Assembly: GCA_036504235.1 (NCBI GenBank)
Contig: DASXVN010000046.1
Coordinates: forward strand, 138,812 to 202,811
Source of the DNA: Armatimonadota bacterium
GTDB lineage: Bacteria > Armatimonadota > Zipacnadia > Zipacnadales > Zipacnadaceae
Direction of reading: 5' to 3'
Length of the DNA stretch: 64,000 nucleotides
Below, in pieces: positions 56,614 to 64,000 of the stretch (position 1 is its first letter; every line of letters begins with the position of its first letter). Both the position numbers and the translations under genes were made by a program. The notes below the pieces were generated by a model. It had not been told where the DNA came from. It worked only from the letters and a program-made list of their open reading frames with translations, and did not search any database.

Positions 56614-56709
56614 GGAACGGAGGCGTCCGGTACGTGTGAAGGAGGGAGGGTGGAACCTTCTCATGACCTGGCTGTCCCGCCGCCGCGGGTGACGCCTCCG
56701 TTTTGTTCC
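56614..56709 (+). promoter_or_regulatory. candidate leader-peptide attenuator: a strongly SD-led 9-codon mini-ORF (MTWLSRRRG) enclosed by a terminator-like hairpin with a U-tract
   Basis: SD aaggagggagggtgg at 56639-56653. ATG 56663 to TGA 56692, with three tandem Arg codons. A 9-bp stem ggaggcgtc (56619-56627) / gacgcctcc (56691-56699) overlaps the stop codon and is followed by ttttgtt. Confidence 0.3.
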
Positions 56710-56850
56710 TCTATGTTGATAAGACGCGATTTCCGAGGTTGAGGTTCCCGGCTTTTCATGAAATCCCGGAGGGGGGAGGTCTGGGCGCGGCGTGCGTCGA
56801 AAATCACCCCTGCCGGCCCGGGCCGAGCCTCGTCCTCGACAGGTGATCTC

Positions 56851-57900
56851 ATGACCGCAACTTCCGGCCGCACCCATGGCTTTGCCGTCATCGGCTGCGG
56901 CGTAATCAGCGATACGCATCTCGAAGCGATCAAGCTCCTGCCCCAGGCGCGCCTGGTGGCCGTGTGTGACGCGGTGCCCGAGCGCGCGCAGGCGAAGGCC
57001 GCCCAGTTCGGGGCCGAGGCCTACACCGACTATGAAGCCCTGCTGGCGCGCGAGGATATCGACGTAGTGGACATCGTCGTGCCCAGCGGCCTCCACGCGG
57101 AGTTGGGCATCAAAGCCGCCCGCGCGGGCAAACACGTCACCTGTACTAAACCGATTGACATAACCCTGGAGCGGATTGATGCGCTGATTGCCGCCTGCCG
57201 CGAGAACGGCGTCCGCCTCGGCGCGACCCATCAGTACCGCGCCTACCCGGTGTTCAAACGCGCCTATCAGGCCATCCGCGAGGGCCGGCTAGGCCGGCTC
57301 CTGTGGGGCTCGGCCACCATTCCCTGGTTCCGCAGCCACGCCTACTACGGTCGCGGTTGGCAGGGCACCAAGGCCCTCGACGGCGGCGGCGCGCTGATGA
57401 ACCAGTCCATCCACTACCTCGACCTGCTCCTGTGGATGATGGGCAAGGTCTCCGAGGTGGCGGGTTTCGCCGACAATCTGGCGCACAACATTGAGGTGGA
57501 GGACATCGGCACCGCGGCGCTCAAGTTCGTCTCCGGGGCGCACGGCACGATCCTGGGGACCACGCTGACCCATGAGGGCCAGTCGGCGCGGCTGGAGATC
57601 CACGGCAGCCAGGGGAATGTGATTTTCCTGGGCGAGGACCTGCATCTGTGGCAGGTGGAGGGGGAGGAACTGTTCGTGGACCCGCAGGCGGGGCAGCACG
57701 TCGGCGGGGCCGCGGAGCCCGCGCAGGGGATGGTCGGGCTGGCGGTGCAGGCTCACGCGGAGCTGCTCGGGGACCTCTTGGCGGCGATTGACCAGAACCG
57801 CGACCCGGTCTTGAACGGGGCAGAAGCGCGGCGATCAGTGGAGCTGATCACGGCCGTGTACGAGTCCTCGGCCACCCGCAAATTTGTCAATATACTGTGA
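56851..57900 (+). CDS. Gfo/Idh/MocA family oxidoreductase (third, more divergent copy)
   Basis: ATG 56851 follows AGGTGA. 'HGFAVIGCGVISDTHLEAIK' Rossmann motif and 'GKHVTCTKPI'. An in-frame ATG at 56758 would add a low-complexity 31-aa extension, which I judge less likely. Confidence 0.8.
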   Translation: MTATSGRTHGFAVIGCGVISDTHLEAIKLLPQARLVAVCDAVPERAQAKAAQFGAEAYTDYEALLAREDIDVVDIVVPSGLHAELGIKAARAGKHVTCTKPIDITLERIDALIAACRENGVRLGATHQYRAYPVFKRAYQAIREGRLGRLLWGSATIPWFRSHAYYGRGWQGTKALDGGGALMNQSIHYLDLLLWMMGKVSEVAGFADNLAHNIEVEDIGTAALKFVSGAHGTILGTTLTHEGQSARLEIHGSQGNVIFLGEDLHLWQVEGEELFVDPQAGQHVGGAAEPAQGMVGLAVQAHAELLGDLLAAIDQNRDPVLNGAEARRSVELITAVYESSATRKFVNIL

Positions 57901-58088
57901 AAGCCGCTCTGCAAGCCCTTAACCGGACCTTAACTTACTGGCCTCGCCGGGCCGAAACGGGGTAGTTCTCCACGGATAGAACGCTTGTACGGGCCTTTTT
58001 CCACGGAGTTATCCACAATTGGCCCAGGCAATGCTCTGGTTAATGTTAACATACGGTTAATATAGCAAAACCTGCCTAGTCCAGCTCG

Positions 58089-59144
58089 TCAGGCCAGAGG
58101 CAAGACGGAAAAGACGTCGAAATCGAGCCCGTCCGGCCCCCGGCGCTGGGCCTGGCGGTAGCCGGCGGCCGCGATCATCGCCGCGTTGTCGGTGCACAGC
58201 GCCAGGGGCGGCAGCGCCGCCGGAATCCCCAGCTTCTCCGCCACTGCGGCGAACGCCGCCCGCAGCGACTGATTGGCCGACACCCCCCCGCCCAGGATCA
58301 ACTGCCGCGCCCCATAGTGCCGCGCCGCCTTCCGCACCCCGCGCGTCAGCGTCTCCACAATCGCCGCCTGGTAGGAGGCGGTCAGGTTCGCCAGCTCGCG
58401 CTTACCGGTCGGCTCCCCGTGGACCTGCAGGTAGCGAACCAGCGCCGTCTTGAGCCCGCTAAAGCTGTAGTCGAACTCCCCGACCGACGGCCGCGGGAAG
58501 GCAATCGCCGCCGGGTCCCCGCCGCAGGCGGCTTGCTCCAGCGCCGGCCCGCCGGGGAAGCCCAGGCCTAGCACCCGCGCGGCCTTGTCCAGCGCCTCGC
58601 CGGCGGCGTCGTCCCGGGTCTGCCCCACGGTCTCGTACTCGCCGGGCCCGCGCATCAGCACCAGGTCGCTGTGTCCGCCGGAGGCGATCAGCCCGAGCGT
58701 CGGGTAAATCTCCTGGGCCGCCGGTTCCGCGCCCGGGAAGTGCACAAATGCCGCGACCAGATGGCCCTCCAGGTGGTTGACGGCGGCCAGCGGCAGCCCC
58801 GTCGCCAGCGCGTAGCCCTTGGCGGAACTCACCCCGACCAGCAGCGAGCCGACCAGGCCGGGCCCGTGGGTCACGGCCAGCAGCGACAGGTCGCCCCAAC
58901 CCACGCCCGCCTGCTCCAGCGCCTCCTGGACGAGACTGGTGAGCACCTCCACGTGGCGGCGCGAGGCGACCTCGGGCACCACGCCGCCGAACAGACGGTG
59001 CAGGTGGTCCTGCGTCCCGGTGGCCACGGCCAGCACCTCATGACCGCCGCGCAGCACCGCCGCGGAGGTCTCATCGCAGGAACTCTCCAGGCCCAGGACC
59101 AGGGCGTCAGCGTCCAAATTCAGTGATCTGCAGCTCGTAATCAT
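58089..59144 (-). CDS. tsaD: tRNA N6-adenosine threonylcarbamoyltransferase
   Basis: 'LVLGLESSCDETSAAV', 'AVNHLEGHL' and 'VAGGVSANQSLR' match the Kae1/TsaD family. The ATG at 59144 overlaps the rimI 3' end by 38 nt; a TTG at 59117 is an alternative start. Confidence 0.9.
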   Translation of the reverse strand: MITSCRSLNLDADALVLGLESSCDETSAAVLRGGHEVLAVATGTQDHLHRLFGGVVPEVASRRHVEVLTSLVQEALEQAGVGWGDLSLLAVTHGPGLVGSLLVGVSSAKGYALATGLPLAAVNHLEGHLVAAFVHFPGAEPAAQEIYPTLGLIASGGHSDLVLMRGPGEYETVGQTRDDAAGEALDKAARVLGLGFPGGPALEQAACGGDPAAIAFPRPSVGEFDYSFSGLKTALVRYLQVHGEPTGKRELANLTASYQAAIVETLTRGVRKAARHYGARQLILGGGVSANQSLRAAFAAVAEKLGIPAALPPLALCTDNAAMIAAAGYRQAQRRGPDGLDFDVFSVLPLA

Positions 59145-59664
59145 ATTTCTGTCGCCACCGGGCCAGGAAGTTGCCCAGTCGTCTCTGGACCGGCGCGGAG
59201 GGCAAGTCGGCGATCATTGCCTCCACCGCGTCCTCATCGTTGTCCGTATAGTAGCGCCGGCGAATCCGCACCTTCTCGAAGCCCAGCTTGTTGTAGAGCC
59301 CGCCGGCGGCGGTGTTGCTGATCCGGTACTCCAGGAGCGCCAGTTCCGTGCCACAGAGGGGGACTCGCTGCAGGACCAGCAGCATCAGCAGCTCGCCCAG
59401 CCCCCGGCGGCGAAACTGCGGCGCGGTCGCCACGCTGCCCACATGGAACTCGATATCGTAGAACCACCCGCCCAGATACGCGGCGACCTGGCCCTCCAGC
59501 TCCGCGACCAGGTACAGCGCAATCCGGTTCTCCAGGATGTCCTCGCGCAGCACGGAGGCGGGCCAGGGCAGGGCGAAGCAGGCCTCCTCGATGGCGACGA
59601 TGGCCTCCAGGTCGCGCTCCTCGGCGGGGCGCACGATCACGACCGGGCGCGGCGTTTCACTCAT
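59107..59664 (-). CDS. rimI: ribosomal-protein-alanine N-acetyltransferase (GNAT)
   Basis: GNAT motif 'VATAPQFRRRGLGELLM'. Its ATGA overlap with tsaB and its position in the tsaE-tsaB-rimI-tsaD operon fit rimI. Confidence 0.8.
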   Translation of the reverse strand: MSETPRPVVIVRPAEERDLEAIVAIEEACFALPWPASVLREDILENRIALYLVAELEGQVAAYLGGWFYDIEFHVGSVATAPQFRRRGLGELLMLLVLQRVPLCGTELALLEYRISNTAAGGLYNKLGFEKVRIRRRYYTDNDEDAVEAMIADLPSAPVQRRLGNFLARWRQKYDYELQITEFGR

Positions 59665-60350
59665 TGCCCCAGGTCAACTCCCCGGGTGCGCTCGGCCTGC
59701 GAGAGCCCCACGTAATGCGGGCGCAAGGTGAAGCAGGCGTCGCCGGGGGCGGTGGCCAGCAGCGGCTGCCCCAGCCGGGCGACGGTCACCGCCGACGGCG
59801 TTTCGGCACGCTCGGGGTCCGCGGTCACGGCGACCGGCGCGGCCCAGTCGGCCAGGCCCTCCCAGTCGCCGGTCAGCACCGGGGCGGTCAGCGCGGCCAG
59901 GGCCATCCCCAGCGCCTCGATCTCCACAACTTCGGGGGCCAGCAGAACCGCTAGTCCCGGCGCGGGGGAGAGGACGGTCAGGTATACGTGGTCGCGCCGC
60001 GCCGGCTGCAGCACCGCGACGGTTCGTCCCGGGAAGCGCGCGGAACTCTCCGCTGCCCAGACCTGGGGCGTGGGCACGCCCACCAGCGGGCAGCCGAGTG
60101 CGTGGGCCATGGCCTTGGCCAGGGCGAGGCCGATGCGCAGTCCATTGAAGGACCCCGGTCCCGCCGAGACGGCCACGCCCTCCAGAGCGCCGGCCGCGAT
60201 CCCGGCCTCCGCGAGCAGCGCCGCGAGCGCCGGAGGCAGCAGGCGGCACGCCTCCTGCTGGGTGCTGAACTGCCGGACGCCGACGGTCGCCTCGCCGTCC
60301 GCGAGGGCGACGCTCCCCAGCCGGCCGGAGGTCTCCAGGCCCAGAATCAT
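59661..60350 (-). CDS. tsaB: tRNA threonylcarbamoyladenosine biosynthesis protein TsaB (YeaZ)
   Basis: '[16 protein letters not shown]' matches the YeaZ N-terminus. The start ATG at 60350 overlaps the tsaE stop as ATGA. The rest of the 59661..60791 ORF upstream of this Met is in-frame readthrough, not coding. Confidence 0.8.
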   Translation of the reverse strand: MILGLETSGRLGSVALADGEATVGVRQFSTQQEACRLLPPALAALLAEAGIAAGALEGVAVSAGPGSFNGLRIGLALAKAMAHALGCPLVGVPTPQVWAAESSARFPGRTVAVLQPARRDHVYLTVLSPAPGLAVLLAPEVVEIEALGMALAALTAPVLTGDWEGLADWAAPVAVTADPERAETPSAVTVARLGQPLLATAPGDACFTLRPHYVGLSQAERTRGVDLGQ

Positions 60351-60850
60351 GGGCAGCTCAACTCCTCCAGGACCGGCGACCAGCGCTCGCCGCGGCCGCT
60401 CAGTTCCAGGCAGCGACCGTCGGCGGTGTAGCTGAAATTCACGATCAGCAACTCCGCCGGCCACAGCTCCGGCAGCCGGTCCGCCCACTCCAGAGCCACC
60501 ACGCCGGTGCGCGCGTAGTCGTCCACGCCCAGGTCGCGGAACTCCTCGGCGGAGGCCACGCGATAGGCGTCCAGATGGCACAGGGGCAGCGGGCCGGGGT
60601 GATAGTGCAGCAAAACAAAGGTGGGGCTGCTCACGCGCCCCAGCGCGCCCAGGCCCTCCGCGAGGCCCTGCACAAAGCAGGTCTTGCCCCCGCCGAGTTC
60701 TCCGCACAGGGCCAGGAAATCGCCGGGCCGCAGGTACGCGGCCAGCCGCCGGGCCAGCTCCCGGGTCTGCTCCGGGCTGTCGGTGTAGCACGTCAACTTG
60801 ATTTCGCGAGGTGGGGGAGACTGGGTCATAGGCGGGGCAAGTTCACTCAT
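60347..60850 (-). CDS. tsaE: tRNA threonylcarbamoyladenosine biosynthesis ATPase TsaE
   Basis: P-loop '[21 protein letters not shown]'. 167 aa. The ATG at 60850 overlaps the upstream gene's stop as ATGA. Confidence 0.8.
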   Translation of the reverse strand: MSELAPPMTQSPPPREIKLTCYTDSPEQTRELARRLAAYLRPGDFLALCGELGGGKTCFVQGLAEGLGALGRVSSPTFVLLHYHPGPLPLCHLDAYRVASAEEFRDLGVDDYARTGVVALEWADRLPELWPAELLIVNFSYTADGRCLELSGRGERWSPVLEELSCP

Positions 60851-62286
60851 TCCGCGGAAAAGAAGACCAGCGGGACATAGCCCACGGTCGGACGCCCCGG
60901 TACGGTGACCTCCAGGATGCCTCGGACGGTGGCGGTGGGGAGGCAGTCGGGAAGGAGAGTAACGGTCACGGTATCGGTTGGCGGATGCTGGCGGAGCGAG
61001 ACATGCCGCTGGGGCGAGGGGAGGATCTGCCACCCCTCGGGCAAGTGCCAGGCGATCTCGGCATGCTGGCAGCTCGGTACCTGGTTCACCAGCGTCACCG
61101 TCACGGTGAAGGGCACGCCCGGCTGCACCTTCGGCTCGCGCTGATAGTCCAGCAGGACGCGGGTGTGGACGAAATCGAACTCGACCGCGTAGGGAGATTT
61201 CTCCCACAGGGCACGGGCGGCGTCAGTGCCCGTGAGGCCGGTGCGGTGCTCTTCGCCTAGTTCCGTCGGCCCTTCCGAGAGCGAGACGTCGGGGTCGTAG
61301 CTCGCCAGCGAGGCCGGGGTCTGGGCCAGCACCTGGTCGGTCAGTTCGGTAAGCGTCTTCGGCACGCCCCACCAGGAGCCCCGGTCAATCGCGATGGTCA
61401 CGATGCGCTCGCCGATCGGCTCACTCCACTCGGCGGGTATGCCCTGGCGCCCGCCGAGAATGCCCAGCAGCGCCCCCAGGGTAGCCCCGGTGCAGTCCGT
61501 ATCGTCTCCGCAGTTGACCGCGGTCAGCAGCGACCGGCCGAAATCCCCCTCGCCATAGAGCCAGCCGAGGACAACGAAGGCGACGTTGGCCGGGGCCTGG
61601 AACCAGCCCAGGTCCACGCTGTCTTCCACCACCAGATTGCGCGCGTCCTGCCAGCTCTTTCCTTGCGCGTGGGCTTCCCGCACGAGCGCGAGGCTACGCG
61701 CGACGCGGCAGTCGGCCGGAATCTTGGCCAACGCAATCCGCAGGAGTTCCTCCCGGTCGCCGACCACGAAGGCCGCGCTCTGCAGGGCGGCCGTGAAGAG
61801 CGCCGCGTAGGTGCCCTCGCCGCCGCCGTGGTCCACCGAGGCATCCGCGTAGGCGTAACGGATCGCCAGATCCGGGCAGCCGGGCGCGAGACAGGCCCAG
61901 ATCTCCGAGCGAATCCACGCCCCATTGGAGTGCTTCCACAGGGCGTTCTCGTACTCGCCGGAGAGCGGCGGGAGCAGCCCGGCCCGCATATTCGACTTGC
62001 AGACCCCGTACTCATTCCAGGAGGGCGGGATGTAGTTGAGCCAGTACTCGCCCAGCAGTTGGTTGGTAATGGCGCGTGGCCCCCGCTCCTGGACGGCCTT
62101 CAGCCAGATGAGTTGCAGATCGAGGTCGTCGTTTGGCAGGGGCTCCCCGGCAGGGCTGGTGTAGCCGGTGACGTTCAGCAGTTCCTGGCGCCCCTCGAAG
62201 GGAGCGCCCAGGGTTCCGCCGACGCTCTTGCCCATCCAGCATCCGTACATTTTGTCGCGGAATTCGTCGCGGTTGAGACGCAGCAT
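60847..62286 (-). CDS. ADP-ribosylglycohydrolase family protein with an extra C-terminal domain of about 120 aa
   Basis: ATG 62286 is 8 nt after AGGAGG. 'MYGCWMGKSVGGTLGAPFEG' matches the ARH N-terminal motif. 'AVNCGDDTDCTGATLGALLGILGG' matches the ARH C-terminal metal-binding motif. Confidence 0.75.
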   Translation of the reverse strand: MLRLNRDEFRDKMYGCWMGKSVGGTLGAPFEGRQELLNVTGYTSPAGEPLPNDDLDLQLIWLKAVQERGPRAITNQLLGEYWLNYIPPSWNEYGVCKSNMRAGLLPPLSGEYENALWKHSNGAWIRSEIWACLAPGCPDLAIRYAYADASVDHGGGEGTYAALFTAALQSAAFVVGDREELLRIALAKIPADCRVARSLALVREAHAQGKSWQDARNLVVEDSVDLGWFQAPANVAFVVLGWLYGEGDFGRSLLTAVNCGDDTDCTGATLGALLGILGGRQGIPAEWSEPIGERIVTIAIDRGSWWGVPKTLTELTDQVLAQTPASLASYDPDVSLSEGPTELGEEHRTGLTGTDAARALWEKSPYAVEFDFVHTRVLLDYQREPKVQPGVPFTVTVTLVNQVPSCQHAEIAWHLPEGWQILPSPQRHVSLRQHPPTDTVTVTLLPDCLPTATVRGILEVTVPGRPTVGYVPLVFFSAE

Positions 62287-62330
62287 CAGAAGGTCCTCCT
62301 AGGGAAGCTTGCCAGCTAATCGGGGCCGAA

Positions 62331-63371
62331 TCAGATGAATAGGGAGGCGTGTATCTGCTCCGGCGCGGGCGGTCCGGGGAGCGTCTCCAGCACCTGGGCC
62401 CGTATCTGCAGCGCCAACTCGCGGCCGCGCGGCTCGGACCACAGGGGCCGGCGCAGCAGCGCGTTGTCGAGCAGCGTGGCGGCCTGGACCTGCGTCAGCT
62501 CCAGGCGGCGGGCCAGCCAGGCGAACTGGTTGGCGTAGAGCCGCACGCCGTCGGCGCCCTCATAGCCGCTGACCGGCTGGCCCTCGTAGGTCATCCGGCG
62601 CATCTCCCCGACCACGCCGCCGGCCAGCACGACCTCGGTCAACGGGATCAGCTCGCAGCCCCAGCGCAGCAGGTCCAGATCGGGATGGGCGGCGTGTTCG
62701 CGCTCCAGCCCCTCCCGCGCCCGGCGCCCGGCGGCGGCGGAGAACAGTTTGCAGCCACTCTCAATATCGGCCAGCGGCCCATACGCCGCCCAGTAAGCGG
62801 TATCCAGCACCAGTCCCTGCCGGGCCAGCGCGAACTGCCAGGCGGCGGTGGCGACCTCATCCAGCCACCCTTCCAGCTCCCCGCGCAGCCAGCCCATGGG
62901 CCGGTGCAGGCTCTGTCGCCCGCCGATGACCGCGACCAGGTCGGTCTGCTGCTCGGCGGCCATTTGCGTAGCGAGCCGGAACAGGCGGGCCATGTCGGAG
63001 ACCTGGTGGTCCCCGTCGGAGTCGCGAGTGAGCAGATACGGCGGCCCGGCGGGGGTAAGCAGATGGCGCAGACCGGCGGCGATCGCTCCGCCCTTGCCCG
63101 CATTGGCCTCCAGCGCCAGCAGCACGAAAGGCGCGCCGCTCTCGGCCTCCCACTCGTCCTGCAGGCGCGTGGCGACCTCGGCGGCGAGCGGGCAGCCGTC
63201 GGTCACGAGCACGAGGTGGTGCGGGAGGCAGAGCCGCTGGCTGCCGGCGAGCGTCTCGCGCAGCAGCGTCTCGATCTGGGCTGCCGGCACCTCGGCCGCG
63301 AACCAGGCGGGGAGGATGACCCCCAACTGCTCGCGCAGGCCTACTTCCTCAAAGGGTATCGTCAAGTCCAA
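62331..63371 (-). CDS. GT-A fold glycosyltransferase-like protein (GpgS/GT81- or GT2-like)
   Basis: TTG start at 63371, limited upstream by the in-frame bioY stop. 'LEANAGKGGAIAAGLRHL' is GKG-type. 'LLTRDSDGDHQ' is DxD-like. Confidence 0.5.
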   Translation of the reverse strand: MDLTIPFEEVGLREQLGVILPAWFAAEVPAAQIETLLRETLAGSQRLCLPHHLVLVTDGCPLAAEVATRLQDEWEAESGAPFVLLALEANAGKGGAIAAGLRHLLTPAGPPYLLTRDSDGDHQVSDMARLFRLATQMAAEQQTDLVAVIGGRQSLHRPMGWLRGELEGWLDEVATAAWQFALARQGLVLDTAYWAAYGPLADIESGCKLFSAAAGRRAREGLEREHAAHPDLDLLRWGCELIPLTEVVLAGGVVGEMRRMTYEGQPVSGYEGADGVRLYANQFAWLARRLELTQVQAATLLDNALLRRPLWSEPRGRELALQIRAQVLETLPGPPAPEQIHASLFI

Positions 63372-63413
63372 GGGATTTCGCTCCGGGGCGCCGCACCGGC
63401 GGGAGTCACCGGG

Positions 63414-63926
63414 CTAGCGGCCACCCAGTCGGCGCCAGGCCGGTACGGTCAGGCCGGACGTGGCGGCGGCGGCGGTCAGTTTGAGTGCATCGCCGGCGAC
63501 GAAGGGCAGGCTACCGGCGGCGAAAGCGGCAGCGAAGCCGACCCCCGTCCACACGTGCAGCCCCAGCGCGCCGACCAGCAAGATAAGCGCGTCCGCGGCG
63601 ACCATGCCGGCCACCATACCGCGGAACCCGCCGCGGCGGCGCGCCCACCCGACCAGCAAGGCCGCGGGCAGGAAGGCCAGCAGGTAGCCGCAAGTCGGGC
63701 CGAACATCGCCCCGGTGGTGAACAGCGGTAGCCCCAGCAGGCCGGCCGCCAGGTACAGCGCCACCGCGCCGGCTCCCCCCGCGGGCCCGAGCGTCGCGCC
63801 GGCCAGCAGGACCACCATCGTCTGCAAGGTCACCGGCACCGGCGTGAAGGGCAGCGGCAGACGCACCTGCGCAGACAGCGCGAGCAGCCCGGCGAAGACC
63901 CCCGCTCCCGCCAGCCGCAGGGCCAA
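63414..63926 (-). CDS. bioY: BioY family biotin transporter (ECF S component)
   Basis: 'LSAQVRLPLPFTPVPVTLQTMVVLLAGATLG' is the BioY hallmark, with 5-6 TM helices. The TTG at 63926 is the first listed start. The frame stays open to the window end, so the start may lie slightly upstream. Confidence 0.75.
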   Translation of the reverse strand: MALRLAGAGVFAGLLALSAQVRLPLPFTPVPVTLQTMVVLLAGATLGPAGGAGAVALYLAAGLLGLPLFTTGAMFGPTCGYLLAFLPAALLVGWARRRGGFRGMVAGMVAADALILLVGALGLHVWTGVGFAAAFAAGSLPFVAGDALKLTAAAATSGLTVPAWRRLGGR

Positions 63927-64000
63927 CGGTCCCGCGCTCAGGCGGGCGCCGGCCAGCGTGGGAAGCGCGGTACGGGCAGCAGCAACGGAAGCAAGCGGGC

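Noticed and set aside
56758-56850. Upstream in-frame ATG extension of the third oxidoreductase
   Set aside because: It would add 31 low-complexity residues before the Rossmann motif. The ATG at 56851 gives the family-typical N-terminus. I kept it only as an alternative.
56605-57231. 208-aa minus-strand ORF overlapping the divergent leader and the oxidoreductase start
   Set aside because: Antisense to the Gfo/Idh/MocA gene, with no SD. The leader region is better explained by RNA structure and the mini-ORF.
62349-63731. 460-aa plus-strand ORF
   Set aside because: Antisense to the glycosyltransferase-like and bioY genes, with an Arg/Gly/Pro-rich product.
1-64000. CRISPR arrays, tRNA or rRNA genes, transposases, integrases, and prophage or defence-system signatures
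   Set aside because: I scanned by eye for short direct-repeat arrays, tRNA-like cloverleaf or T-loop motifs, and DDE or tyrosine-recombinase-like ORFs, and found none. This cannot replace tRNAscan, Rfam or an HMM run.

Overview
High-GC (roughly two-thirds G+C by eye) bacterial chromosomal segment, probably from a diderm of the PVC group or Armatimonadota; the taxon call is low confidence. The DUF1559 'H-X9-DG' prepilin-like protein, the predicted outer-membrane beta-barrel ending in Phe, GGAGG-type ribosome-binding sites and the many giant secreted proteins support this. The strong GC bias creates long spurious antisense ORFs, and I count about 36 real genes. Positions 1-36.7 kb are a glycan-utilisation neighbourhood. 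It holds a GH2 enzyme, two paralogous giant GH42-like proteins flanking a GH36 alpha-galactosidase that carries an NPCBM module, a 1,529-aa CBM9/NHL-like secreted protein, and a cytoplasmic oxidoreductase-isomerase-'sulfatase-like'-sulfotransferase-oxidoreductase cluster. It also holds three further secreted proteins that carry a recurring class-I-glutamine-amidotransferase-like ('beta-gal trimerisation-like') module. Housekeeping genes follow: carB, mtnA, and a bioY-glycosyltransferase-ADP-ribosylglycohydrolase-tsaE-tsaB-rimI-tsaD operon joined by ATGA overlaps. Between them lies an accessory stretch with a 1,388-aa protein that has an S55/SpoIVB-like Ser motif followed by a beta-propeller. 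That stretch also carries a DUF362 Fe-S protein divergent from a CofC-like nucleotidyltransferase, and an OMP gene behind a near-consensus sigma70 promoter. A Cys-rich small protein and an S9-like alpha/beta hydrolase with CARDB-like repeats complete it. No rRNA, tRNA, CRISPR array, transposase or integrase was recognised. Non-coding signals include canonical intrinsic terminators and a 37-bp perfect inverted repeat framing two hairpins between mtnA and the propeller gene. A structured divergent leader holds a perfect 16-bp hairpin and a strongly Shine-Dalgarno-led 9-codon mini-ORF whose stop sits inside a terminator-like hairpin. There is also an AT-rich island downstream of tsaD. Nothing here matches a known named system. 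The most promising candidates for undescribed biology are the oxidoreductase/isomerase/Thr-type alkaline-phosphatase-fold/sulfotransferase cluster, the membrane-anchored DUF1559-PKD fusion, the S55-motif propeller giant, the DUF362/CofC pair and the attenuator-like leader.
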